Assembly (NCBI RefSeq): GCF_001194135.2
Contig: NC_068990.1
Span: 13,947,354 to 14,011,353, forward strand
DNA: 64,000 nucleotides
Direction of reading: 5' to 3'
DNA from: Octopus bimaculoides
Lineage: Eukaryota
The notes under the pieces are model-generated. The model saw only the letters and a list, made by a program, of their open reading frames with translations, was not told the origin of the DNA and did no database searches. Numbering within the stretch: position 1 is the first letter of the stretch; each line of letters begins with the position of its first letter. The translations under genes were made by a program, and so were the position numbers. Below are positions 51,998 through 63,724 of this stretch, in pieces.

Positions 51998-52237
51998 ATA
52001 GGATCAAATACATTCTGGCAATTGTGATCCAGTCTTTATATGATCAAATACATTCTGGCAATTGTGATCCAGTCTTTATATGATCAAATACATTCTGGCA
52101 ATTGTGATCCAGTCTTTATATGATCAAATACATTCTGGCAATTGTGATCCAGTCTTTATATGATCAAATACATTCTGGCAATTGTGATCCAGTCTTTATA
52201 TGATCAAATACATTCTGGCAATTGTGATCCAGTCTTT
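51998..52237 (+). repeat. 40-bp minisatellite, 6 copies
   Basis: Unit ATATGATCAAATACATTCTGGCAATTGTGATCCAGTCTTT, copies essentially identical. Confidence 0.97.
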
Positions 52238-52441
52238 TTTTTTTTCTGTGACACAGTTTACCTAGGATTACATCACTGATCATGTCCTTCCTTCCGTTTC
52301 TTTTCTAAGACAGTAGGGTCTTTCCCCTTAACCATCCACTAACTCATCCACACACAAATGCATAAAAATGTTTAACAATAAAGCATTCAACACCGATAAT
52401 CAAAGAACAAAAAAAAGAAAGAAAGAAAGAAGACTAGATAC

Positions 52442-52557
52442 TCATGTTCAACTGCAATAGCACTCTTGGTGGTTTTTGATTTCCTTAACAAATGAAGATG
52501 GTGCCATTTATTTATATAATTGGTGACTAGTTCTGTCAGCGTCATTAGAATCCGGCA
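52442..52557 (-). CDS. CENPI: CENP-I coding exon (phase 0 to 2)
   Basis: ttttattcAG acceptor, GA|GTATCT donor. CRILMTLTELVTNYINKWHHLHLLRKSKTTKSAIAVEH resembles CSVLQSLKELLQNW; phase fits the next exon. Confidence 0.86.
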
Positions 52558-53625
52558 CTGAATAAAATAAAACAATGATTAGTCAAAGACATTTACAAGA
52601 ACTACAGAGAGATTAGTATTGTTCTGTGTCAGTATCAATTTAGTAAAATAAAGAAATGAGTCATGTTTATGTGCCAATGCCTTGTGCATTCATTGTATCT
52701 ATCGAAAGTATTATTTATATCTGCACTTTTCTGATGAAGGGCATTGTTAGAAAGTGCACAGAAGGCCTCAAAGTGGGTTTGGATGAAGAGGGGAGATTAC
52801 TGCTATCGGGATGCTAAGTTGGGACTTGATCAATCCTGACTGGGTCAACTGGGTGAGTGGGGTTTGATGTTAAAAGACCCAAGCCCCAGTGGAGACCCCA
52901 GAAACATCACTGATGATGCATCCCTGAGCATTTGCAAGATGTATCATAGAAACCAATAACAATCTCCCCACCCCACATCCCTCTGCCTCCTTGACACTCC
53001 TCCTCACTTTCCTCTCGTTTACCTTCCTGCATGAAATCCCTACATTGCTCTTCCCTTCAATGATTCACCCAGGTTTCCTCTCCCCATTAATCGATTGCTT
53101 CCTCCCAGACCTTTTTCTCTCACATCTTCTGCCCACACTGGCCCCTTGTGATATTAGATAGCCCACTGCTTTTTCTCAACCTCGTTGCTACTTCCTCTGT
53201 GAAGTGGTTGAAGTTCGGAACAGCAACCAACAATAGCAACCAGACCAAAGAGGCCCTTGGTCTACAACAGCTCTGCAACTCATTAGACCCTGTGAAACAA
53301 TCCTACCTATTCCAGCATAGAAACTAGATGTAAAATGGTTGATATTAGGATGAGCAACCAGCCATGGTAACCAGGCCAAAGACATTGGTGCAGGATTCAG
53401 TCTACCGACTCATCAAACCCTGTCACACTGACCAACCTATGCCAGCACAGAAGCTACATGTTGAGGAAGAGGAGAAGGAAGATGAGGACAAGCATTTCAG
53501 AAGATTTTCTTGAAATAAAAAAATAAAAAATGATCATCACATTTGCAAAAAATAAATATCAATAAAAACAGAATGAAGAAGAGAAGAGAAATATTAAAAG
53601 AGTAATGCAATATTCTAAACTTTAC

Positions 53626-53690
53626 CTTTAAATAAGTACCACGTCGGAAAAATATTTTCTTCAGGGGATCTAACAGAATCCGATGGAGTT
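53626..53690 (-). CDS. CENPI: CENP-I coding exon (phase 1 to 0)
   Basis: Long polypyrimidine tract + cctAG acceptor, AAG|GTAAAG donor. (E)LHRILLDPLKKIFFRRGTYLK resembles EVKPLLFDHLAQLFFTSTIYFK. Confidence 0.9.
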
Positions 53691-55442
53691 CTAGGAAAAT
53701 TGGAAAAGACAAAAAAAAAATGATAGATATCAGAAAGAAAGTAGAGATTTACAATAACTTATCACTGAAAATATAAAATTTTTAGATAATTTCTTCCTTG
53801 AATTAAAAAGTTTGCAGGTGTAGCTTTAGTAAAAATCTACTTCGAGCACAGGCTATGCCTGCTCTAATAATCAATGGTGACTTCATCAATTAATATTCTA
53901 CAACGGTTGATAATATACAAGAAAATGAGCTACAATGAATCACCCCATCCCAAAGTGCATATGCATGGGATCAGGGACCACAAGTGGCCTTGTTTTCCCA
54001 CTGAAACTCCAAACATGAACTCTACCCCACAACAGCAAATGACAACCACAGCTACAGTGTTCAAGCTTCACTACAGCTGACTGTCTGACATAGTGAACTT
54101 GCTGGTTGGAGCTGGTTCATCCCAGCCCACAGGAATGCCACAACAAGCACAAGTATTGGATGAGATGCCTTGCAATAACTGTTTCAGCTCTTTGCGTTCA
54201 GAGTTCAAATCCCACCATGACCTACCCAATCAACTGAGATGCAAACATTGAGACCAAATCTCCAGTTTGATAGGTTACCACTTATGTCCCCCAACACCAC
54301 CAGTGTCAAAGACCCTATAAAGGGTCGTGGGCACCACTCTTCCTGCCTGATTAAAAGATTAAAAAATTTTTAATGATTACCAAGAACTAAGTAAAAACTA
54401 CTTTCATTAGTTTCAGCTGAGAAAATAGACAAGTTGTCATTGCGTTTTAAAACACACAGAATATAAGGATCGTTTCGGTTGATGCCAAAGATTTGGAAAT
54501 TTTAAGATCAAGTAAAAATTTTCAAACTTGGAATGCTGATGTAAATTTTCACACTGAATCTGAATTTGGGATTCATTTATTCACAGAAAAATTTCGAAAA
54601 ATGTTACAGAGTTTCAAAGTTTGCTAACTTTTAATCCAAGCAGATAACAGGAATTGGAAGAAGAAAATCTTTTGTAGGATAACTGTCACAAAATGACATA
54701 TGATAGATACAACACAGGCAGAAAATGATATCACTCATCAAAACTTGTGGTGGTTGCAGTGGTGAAAGTGTCACAGTTGCACAAGTTCCATGTCTTTCTT
54801 ACAATGGAAACAAAGGCTGACTATAGCTTTTCTGTGGAAACAAACATCAAAGTGAGATGCATGGTCGGGAATAAAACTGAAGAAATATGAAATCTCCTCA
54901 AAATATAATATATTAAATCAGTGTATCTTGGATAAAAATATACCTATATAAGGTTTAAATATCCTCATTGTGATTATATATGTGTGTGTGTGTGTGTGTG
55001 TGACATACATATACATGACAGGCTCTTTTCAGTTTCTGTCAGCCAAATCTACTCATAATGCTTTGGTTGACCCAGGGCTATAGTAGAAAACACCCAAGTT
55101 GTGCCAAGCAGTAAGACTGGACACAGAGCCATTATTTGATAAGAGAATATAAAAGTTCATAAATTACAAGAGTAATCAGAGCAATTAATAATTATTCCAC
55201 GTACATATACATACATACCTATATCCAGGCCTATTCCCCATTTTTTTAAGGAGGGAGCAGCCACAACAAGACACACACCAGGCATTCCATTCATTTCTCA
55301 GTCTTATGCTCGGGTCAAGGCATCATCATCATACAATGCAATCCTCAATAGCAGCAGCAGCAGGGCCAGACAGCATATGTTGGTTTATCCCCACCACATC
55401 ATGCTGTTTCCACACCCCTTTGAGCAACATCAAATTTACTTT

Positions 55443-55614
55443 AGGCGTAGGAGTGGTGGTGTGGTAAGTAGCTTGCTTACCAACCACATGGTACCGGGTT
55501 CAGTCCCACTGCGTGGCATCTTGGGCAAATGTCTTCTACTATCGCCTCGGGCCAACCAAAGCCTTGTGAGTGGATTTGGTAGACAGAAACTGAAAGAAGC
55601 CCGTCGTATCTATG

Positions 55615-55669
<55 letters not shown>

Positions 55670-55870
55670 TTGTGTATCTGTGTTTGTCCCCCCAACATCG
55701 TTTGACAACCGATGCTGGTGTGTTTACGTCTCTGTAACTTAGCGGTTCGGCAAAAGAGACCGATAGAATAAGTACTAAGCTTCTAAAGAATAAGTCCTGG
55801 GGTCGATTTGCTCGACTAAAGGTGGTGCTCCAGCATGGCCACAGTCAAAAGACTGAAACAAGTAAAAGAG
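55443..55870 (+). mobile_element. SINE family A (CENP-I intron)
   Basis: Full-length forward copy. Confidence 0.9.
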
Positions 55871-56630
55871 ATCCGTCCATAAACACTCTCCAAGCTTTCA
55901 TATCACTTATAAACTCTTTCCCCTCTCATTCCAACACCTCTAACCAACAAAGATTTCCTCACTCCATCCATCCATCCACACAAACCGAGGTCTACCTCTG
56001 GTTCTGTTGCCTACCACCTCTGCCTTCATCACCCTTCTTACCTTCCACGCTTCATCCATCCTCTCCACGTGGCCAAACCACCTCAACATTCATCTATCCA
56101 TTCTGGGTATTAAATTTTCTCTCATTCCTCATCCTGTCCATCCATGTCACACCAACAAAGAAGACAAGGGGGTGGGAGGTTAGCACCTAATCTCACCCTA
56201 GTACTAGGGTCTTTCACGTGAGGTTAGAAAATATTTAATAAAAGCTATTAAAATTCATATTCTATTAATTCAACATTTCACTATTTAATCACTTGGGTCT
56301 CAATGCATGTTATTTTATATTCATATTTAATTTATTCTTTTCATTACATTGCTAATATTGAATAGTATTTTTTTCCCCCTTTTGCTGTTGTTCATCGATC
56401 ATTTGACTGGAATCTCTAAATAACTTTTTTCTCATTTTGTTGTTCTTTGTAAATATTATTGGATTTGTTACTTTTGATATATCTGGGTTGCATGAGATTA
56501 CGAAGGGAAATAACTCGACAGTTTTTAAAAGAGTTAAGTATCTTCCCCAACAACATTGTTTATCAGTGTCCAAACGATATAACCCATTTATAGTTCTCAT
56601 CATTAGAAAATATTTTAATAATAATAATAA

Positions 56631-57170
56631 ATGCCCTGCTGCAGTACAAGGCAATGGCTCTCATGGTTTCTGATCATAACTGATTGGAAGTGTTATCATG
56701 TACATATTTTGTCTTGGTATAAAAGATGGTCTACAGCAAATATTCTACTCAATATCACAGATTTGCTTGTCAGTTGTTTGACCGTAACAAGTTCAGCACG
56801 TCCCTTGGTGGCTGATGATATGCACATCATTGATTACGAGCAGAAGTAGTGGGGGTGCATCATAGACATGTGTTGAGAGGAATTCTTTAGGGTGTAAATG
56901 ATTCACCTCTGGAAACACGGGTGTTTCGTTCAACATCCTTATTCAGGGGACTCTTGAGTGGGATGGGCTACTTGATGTGAAGAAAATTCTAACATGCTGT
57001 TTACTTTGATGTGAAATCACCATGTCATGCACACATGGTTGTGATGCATGTGCTTGGCGTACTCTTATCAGACGGGTAGTCATGATGGGTATAATGGGCT
57101 TCATATATTTTACCCCAGTGTGACTCTGATGGTATGCCCTGCTATTTCATTCAATAATAATAGTAATAAT
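56631..57170 (+). mobile_element. Non-autonomous (AAT)n-tailed interspersed repeat, copy 1
   Basis: Starts ATGCCCTGCTGCAGTAC directly after (AAT)n and ends in an (AAT)n tract; homologous to the adjacent copy. Confidence 0.7.
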
Positions 57171-57173
57171 AAT

Positions 57174-57608
57174 CATGCCCTGATGCAGTACCAGTGGCTC
57201 ATGGCTTCTGACCGTAACAGACTGGAAGTATCACCATGCGTATGTTTTGTCTTGCAGTAAATGATGGGCTACAGCAAATATTCTGCTCAATACTACGGAT
57301 TTGCTTGTGAGCGGCTTGACCATAACTAGTTGAGCGAGTCCCTGAGTGAGTGACAATATGTGCATCTCTGATCATGAGCAGGGGCAACGGTGCAGCATTG
57401 TAGCCATGTGCTGAGAGGGATTCTTTGAGGCTTGAATAATTCACTTTTGGAAACATGGGTGTTTCGCTCATCATTCTGAAACAACCCTTATTCTGGAACC
57501 TTTTTAGTGTTCTAACTGGACCCAAACTGCAAGGTCATGTGTTGTTTATCTTGATATGGGATCTCTATGCATCACAACCATGTACCATATAGTTGTGATA
57601 AAATAATA
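57174..57608 (+). mobile_element. Non-autonomous (AAT)n-tailed interspersed repeat, copy 2 (tandem)
   Basis: Starts CATGCCCTGATGCAGTAC in the tail of copy 1; collinear for about 400 nt; lacks the last ~100 nt. Confidence 0.7.
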
Positions 57609-57865
57609 ACATTAACAATGGAAGATATAGGGAGATCACCAATAAAAAGTTCTCATCCAATTTCAATCAAAGTGATTTACATATCACCATGAATTCAAAA
57701 AGCAGTTATCTTTTTATTCCGTTCCAGAGTTCAGAATTAGCTCTTTCATGTTGACAATCTTGTCATTCTCTATTTCTGTCCCTTTTTCAGGATAATTAAA
57801 ATATAATAAATGTATTATTAATAAAACATAAATCATATTAACTACATTTTAAAAACCATACTTAC

Positions 57866-57983
57866 CTGAAAATGTGTGTATTCGGATGTGTGGAATCAAT
57901 TTAAAAATGGACTGATTAAAATGAAATCCATCCCAGGTATCAAGGAACTGGCACAGAAAATATTCAATAGCTGGGGTGCCTTC
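57866..57983 (-). CDS. CENPI: CENP-I coding exon (phase 0 to 1)
   Basis: caatcAG acceptor, G|GTAAGT donor. EGTPAIEYFLCQFLDTWDGFHFNQSIFKLIPHIRIHTFS matches recalled EGFYSCEAFLYKSLPLWDGLCCRSQFLQLVSWIPFSSFS. Confidence 0.93.
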
Positions 57984-58529
57984 CTGATTGGGGTAGAAAT
58001 AAAATATAAATGAATTAGTTCATTTATCCTTCATGCTAAAATAATTCTGTAAGAAAAACGAGGTAAAAAAAAAAAAAATGTTCTTATGTCTAAAACCACT
58101 TTCTCTCTAATTCTAATTTTAGTACAAGGCCAGGAATTTTGAAGGGAGGAGGTAAGACTAAAACAAGAATAAAAGATAAAATTTGAGGCTGAGGATTTTT
58201 AGCACATTTGAAAATTTTATGTAAGTAAAAGTATTTCCTTGATTCACATAGGAACTGTCTGCTGGTGAAGGAAATTAGACTGTAATATCCATTAACTGTT
58301 CCTGACTAAGGAAGGTTGAGGGAGTAATCTTCAAAATGAATTCAGTCTATAGTCAAGTTCATCCTACACAGGATAGCAGGTGTTTGATGCACAGTCACAG
58401 GGGCCAGTACAGATCATGACNNNNNNNNNNNNNNNNNNNNNNNNNNNNNNNNNNNNNNNNNNNNNNNNNNNNNNNNNNNNNNNNNNNNNNNNNNNNNNNN
58501 NNNNNNNNNNNNNNNNNNNNNNNNNNNNN

Positions 58530-58896
58530 TGACGTCCATTCAGCCGATATACATTAAGTGCCGACTACATAAACAAACGATTCTTCGTTTTATTTGCTTT
58601 TTTCATTTTAAATTTGCTTTAACCCTAACCCTAACCCTACGGTTAGGGTTAGGGTTAATTGTTTCAGAATCGTTTGTTTATGTAGTCGGCACTTAATGTA
58701 TATCGGCTGAATGGACGTCAGTGATTGGTTGAAATTACAGAAATACGACAACTTTAACATGGAATAATTTATGGATTTCTTTTTTTTTTAAGAAGACTAA
58801 GAGAAAAAGATGTTTTATATGACACATTCTACCAGTGATCCAAGTTTCAAAGTGTTTCGTTAATGAAAAATGTGGCCCCCGTTTTAAAAAAGATCC
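58530..58896. mobile_element. Foldback element with internal inverted telomeric-type repeats
   Basis: Perfect 55-nt inverted arms (58530-58584, 58666-58720) enclose an 18-nt TAACCC/GGTTAG palindrome (58619-58658). The left end is lost in a gap; right boundary is inferred. Confidence 0.75.
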
Positions 58897-59675
58897 ACTA
58901 AGTGTACCCTTGTTACTACTATAGATATAAGGAGCTATGCAGATGAGATAAAGGACATTTTATTCACAGACAAATTCAGATCTTGTGCTGGTGCTTTATT
59001 ACGGTTTTAGAGTGCTTCAATTTACGTAATTGTTAAGAGCAGGTACCAGATCTTCTCAAGACTTGACCTCAGTGAAAACATATTTATCTCTTCATTGCTG
59101 TCATAAAACTGAAGCTAAATATTTCTCCTTTGGAGTCCTTCAGTGTCAAAAAATCATTGACAGTTCTCACATATGTTAGTGCTGCTTGGTTAAAGAATGT
59201 TGAAAACTGTGCCAAAACTGGTCGTGAACAAAATATCCATATGCAAAAGAGGCTATGATCTGCTTTGTGGTTCTATAGACAACTGCTGCTCATGCTCTCT
59301 ACTACCCTCTACGGAATATGTTAATGGACATTTGCAAAAGAAAAATTAATTATTAACAGATAACAGAGGGCAGATATATGTATAATATGAGAGCAGATAT
59401 ATGTATAAAAGTAGAAAAGTCTTTATTGAAGGTTTTAAACAGTGAGCAATATTTAGATGAAAATAAAGAATTCTAAAAAAAAAAAAAAATGATACTGCTA
59501 TTACTTCCAACAAAAGCAACAATTCAATGTAAATAATATTTAGCAATATCTATAATAATAACGTTCTCCAATATTAAGAACTTTCATTCTTATCTACAAA
59601 AGGAAATAACCTCAAACAACAAAATAATGTACAATTATCAAAATCACAGAATATAAAAAAGGGCAAAATAAATAC

Positions 59676-59758
59676 CTTAACACGACGCATGAACCCTGCT
59701 AACTTTGACAGAAACTCCTCCAGATAATCAGAATTTGGTACACTGTTTTCTAGAAAAG
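59676..59758 (-). CDS. CENPI: CENP-I coding exon (phase 1 to 0)
   Basis: ttattttcttcAG acceptor, AAG|GTATTT donor. (A)FLENSVPNSDYLEEFLSKLAGFMRRVK; phases agree with both neighbours. Confidence 0.85.
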
Positions 59759-59875
59759 CTGAAGAAAATAAAGCACTGGGTTCAGTAAGAATAAAAATCT
59801 GAGATAAGATGGCATACATATGTACACACACACACACATATATATATATATATGTATGTATATATATATATAGAT

Positions 59876-59946
<71 letters not shown>

Positions 59947-60455
59947 TATATGTTAATGCCTATTTTGATATTAATGAAAACAATTTTACATTAACTTGAA
60001 GGGTTACTTTCTACTTTTCTACAATGCAAAATTATAATTCTTAAACAAGAATACTATTGACAGAGACTTCGAAGTTTTGGCCAGTTAAGCCATTGTTGGA
60101 CTATCTGACAATGGCCTATCAGCATAAACTTTGAAACCATTGTCAATAATGTTCTTGTTTATGAATTATAAATATATGTGTACAAATATATGCATGGTGT
60201 GTGTGTGTGTATATGTGTATATGTTTATGTTTACACCAGTCTATACCTAATGCTGATGTTTGTGTCATGTAATTTTGTGGTTTGAGAACTCAAGTTAAAA
60301 TGATCAACTGAAATCCTTGATGCCCCAGAATGGTCACAGCCGAAAGACAGACAGAAACCACTGCAAACAAGAACAACGGTGAAAGACGAGACAAAAGTCT
60401 TTTTTTTCGAATGACACAGTTAAGGGACTTCAAAGAGATTCCTGTGAAGACTTAC

Positions 60456-60576
60456 CATCATAACAAGTGTGGTAGAGCCACCAATTAAACTGGCCTGTTA
60501 TGTGTCGGTTTTTGTTGTATGTGATCAGGTACTGAAGCAATGGATTATCAATCACAGAACCGATTTGAATTGGTAG
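60456..60576 (-). CDS. CENPI: CENP-I coding exon (phase 0 to 1)
   Basis: tttatttgtAG acceptor, G|GTAAGT donor. LPIQIGSVIDNPLLQYLITYNKNRHITGQFNWWLYHTCYD matches recalled human LPSQMGSVLNNSLLLHYINC...RFYYWLSQTLQE. Not in the ORF track. Confidence 0.92.
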
Positions 60577-61245
60577 CTACAAATAAAGATTAATAAAGAT
60601 ATTTATGAAAAGACCAAGAATCACTGTTTGACAAAACCTTGCAATCCTTAAATCTAACAACAATGAATTGGTATCACACTTTGCATCAAAACCTAAAGAA
60701 TTTTACAATCACAGCATCTATAAGCTTGTTGACAAATGAAATAAGGTTCTATGAAGGAATGGTCATTATGAGAACAATTAAATATTTCTAGAAACATAAA
60801 TAAAAACTTTACAATCTGACATAACTTTCATTCCAACCTGATACTTATTGGTATATAAGATATGCGACTCTTATTCTTTAAAATTGCTCTGCATCTAATG
60901 CAGCCATAGACTAAAGAGTGAGATAAGCATAAGTCCACTAGACACAATCACAATAAGTGTTACTAGTAATAAAGAATTGAAAACAAACTGAACTACCAGG
61001 GTCTAATAACAAAAACTTATAAAAAACTGCATATGATCCGTCAGCAGTTATGAGTAGGGATCACATACCTCAGTATCACATTACCCAGTATAAAATAAAG
61101 CACACATACATTATACATGTCTTACATTATTTATTGACTGTGTTGTCTTTAAGAAACATTTGTTAAATACCTAAATCAGTATTTCTTACATAAGGGCTAT
61201 TTCATCAAAATAGGAAGGAAAATAAAGACAAAAAGCTGGTCTTAC

Positions 61246-61374
61246 TTGAATTTGATCGATATACTGAAGAAGGTCTTCGAATGTGAGTATCCTGCGGAAT
61301 GAAACTGTTTCAGGAAAGTAGTCAGGCCTCATAATATCAGAAGTTGGTGCATAATCATTTACTGAAGATTGAAC
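61246..61374 (-). CDS. CENPI: CENP-I coding exon (most 5' exon found in window; phase 0 to 0)
   Basis: ttcctcAG acceptor, CAA|GTAAGA donor. Encodes VQSSVNDYAPTSDIMRPDYFPETVSFRRILTFEDLLQYIDQIQ, resembling the recalled human CENP-I segment FPLEQLQSFPQLLQNIHCLE; joins the next exon in frame. Confidence 0.82.
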
Positions 61375-61589
61375 CTGAGGAATTAATTTACTCAATTTGG
61401 CTTTCTTTCGAGCCTGAAAAACAAGACAATGATATCATTATTTCACTTNNNNNNNNNNNNNNNNNNNNNNNNNNNNNNNNNNNNNNNNNNNNNNNNNNNN
61501 NNNNNNNNNNNNNNNNNNNNNNNNNNNNNNNNNNNNNNNNNNNNNNNNAATTGCTTGCATGCCAGGCGAGATACTTAATGGTATTTCTC

Positions 61590-62190
61590 CTGTCTCTTTA
61601 TATCCCAAATTTGTTATCCAACCAACAAGTATGTTCTTTCTTATTCATATATCAATTTAACATCATGCTATCGATATACAGCTGATTTAGTGCCCTTTGA
61701 CATCTTTTTGCATCCTTTTATCTTCTCCAGGAAGCTATGCAATTCATCTTCTACGAGGCTAGTTAATTTTTTGATGAATAGTAAGCATGTTATAGATCTT
61801 GCTTTTCTTTATCTTTCTGAATTAGAACTGATTTTCCTTGTGTCATTCATGTTGGTGTTTCATTTTCTATAGAGTCCCTAAGAAATAGGAAATAGTTTTA
61901 TATAGCTGTGCATGCTTGTGAGATTTTAAAACTAGAATCCCAGAACACCCTCTGGCCTAGGAGCTTTCCAATTTGCTATTTTCTTAGCATCATTTTCACT
62001 TTCTTGTTTGTAACATTTATATTCTGTTCTTTTGATCTATCTTCCATTTCACTTTTGAATTTCAGTTCACTTCCTGTTATCTTGAACTTCTTTTCTCCAC
62101 ATTCCTGACCAAAACTTTCTTGCTGCTTCATTTTCTTGATGTTCAGCCGTTGACAAAATTTCCTGTCATTTTTTCTGGAGAGCCTTTTCT
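61590..62190 (-). mobile_element. R4/Dong/NeSL-type reverse-transcriptase fragment, heavily decayed
   Basis: Minus strand yields ARKFWSGMW, NWKAPRPEGVLGF, KGCKKMSKGTK..L.IDSM, resembling NWKAPGPDG.QGFW and QKGC...SRGTKDQLLID. Confidence 0.65.
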
Positions 62191-62246
62191 ACTGGCCACA
62201 TATACTACAAAGGGGTGATTTGCTACTCTTATCTATTTGGAACCTG

Positions 62247-62522
62247 TTATTATTATTATTATAATAATCCTTTCTACTATAGGCACAAGGCTTGAAATTT
62301 TGCAGGGGGGGACTAGTCAATTACACATTGACCCCAGTTTTTCACTGGTACTTAATTTATCGACCCCCAAAAGGATGAGAGGTTGACTTTCCCTTTCATC
62401 CTTTCAGGGTCAATAAATTAAATAACAGTGAAACACTGGGGGTCGATGTAATTGACTAGTCCCCTCCTGCAAAATTTCAGGCCTTATGCCTATAGTAGAA
62501 AGGATGATAATAATAATAATAA
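62247..62522. repeat. Inverted pair of 5'-truncated SINE family B copies forming a hairpin
   Basis: Reverse copy 62247-62382 and forward copy 62391-62522, both with (TAA)n tails pointing outward. Confidence 0.88.
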
Positions 62523-63724
62523 AGGTGGTGAACTGACAGAAACATTAGGCATTGGACAAAATGCTTACCAACTGCCTACTTTTTAAGTTCCGAGTTCCNN
62601 NNNNNNNNNNNNNNNNNNNNNNNNNNNNNNNNNNNNNNNNNNNNNNNNNNNNNNNNNNNNNNNNNNNNNNNNNNNNNNNNNNNNNNNNNNNNNNNNNNNN
62701 NNNNNNNNNNNNNNNNNNNNNNNNNNNNNNNNNNNNNNNNNNNNNNNNNNNNNNNNNNNNNNNNNNNNNNNNNNNNNNNNNNNNNNNNNNNNNNNNNNNN
62801 NNNNNNNNNNNNNNNNNNNNNNNNNNNNNNNNNNNNNNNNNNNNNNNNNNNNNNNNNNNNNNNNNNNNNNNNNNNNNNNNNNNNNNNNNNNNNNNNNNNN
62901 NNNNNNNNNNNNNNNNNNNNNNNNNNNNNNNNNNNNNNNNNNNNNNNNNNNNNNNNNNNNNNNNNNNNNNNNNNNNNNNNNNNNNNNNNNNNNNNNNNNN
63001 NNNNNNNNNNNNNNNNNNNNNNNNNNNNNNNNNNNNNNNNNNNNNNNNNNNNNNNNNNNNNNNNNNNNNNNNNNNNNNNNNNNNNNNNNNNTTTTTTTTT
63101 TTTTTTTTTTTGTTCTCGTATCCATCTTTGATTTAAAACAGATACTTTTTTAAAAAAAGTAACTTGTGCTAACTTACATCTCTTCTCTTCCTCACATTTC
63201 TCTTTCATGTACTGTGATTACTTCCTACTCCCCAATCTTGTCCTCTTGACCCGGTGACACTGTATCATTGCTCTCTGACTTCGACCTGTGCATCTCTTAC
63301 CCACACATTATATATATAAATCTCAATTATTTAGAGTATATTTCTACATGAAATGTAGTGTGCATATATTGTGTGAGTTAATGTTTGTTTTTATGTTGAG
63401 TTATAATAAAACCAATTTTATATTAATCTGATGGGTTACTCTATATTTTTCTAGATGACAATTTTAAAATTCTTAAACATGACTGCTATTGACAGTGACT
63501 TCAAAGTTTCAGCAGTTAAGCCACTGTCAGACTGTGATGCATTGAAATTACACTTGGCTTTATACAGTCTCTTAGTTCGTCTGATACACTTGTCTTGCAT
63601 CCTTTTAACCATCTTTGCTGTGTCTCCTTTTTCTCACCAAAACTTACAACTGAATATTTTGCTCAATATAGGGGTAGTTCTTTTTACAAGTGCAGCCCTC
63701 TGAAACTTTGTCTATGCCTATGTT

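Noticed and set aside
51998-52237. Regular repeat array considered as CRISPR-like
   Set aside because: No unique spacers and a eukaryotic context; it is a simple tandem repeat.
57856-57868. ATACTTACCTG resembling the U1 snRNA 5' end
   Set aside because: It is just the complement of the CENP-I donor site; no U1 body follows.
59050-59260. Open frame VLAQFSTFFNQAALTY... in a CENP-I intron
   Set aside because: No similarity or suitable splice sites; the flanking exons already join in frame.
63640-63702. Candidate upstream CENP-I exon with a GTAAGT donor
   Set aside because: The frame needed to join the phase-0 exon at 61374 contains a stop, and the acceptor is weak.
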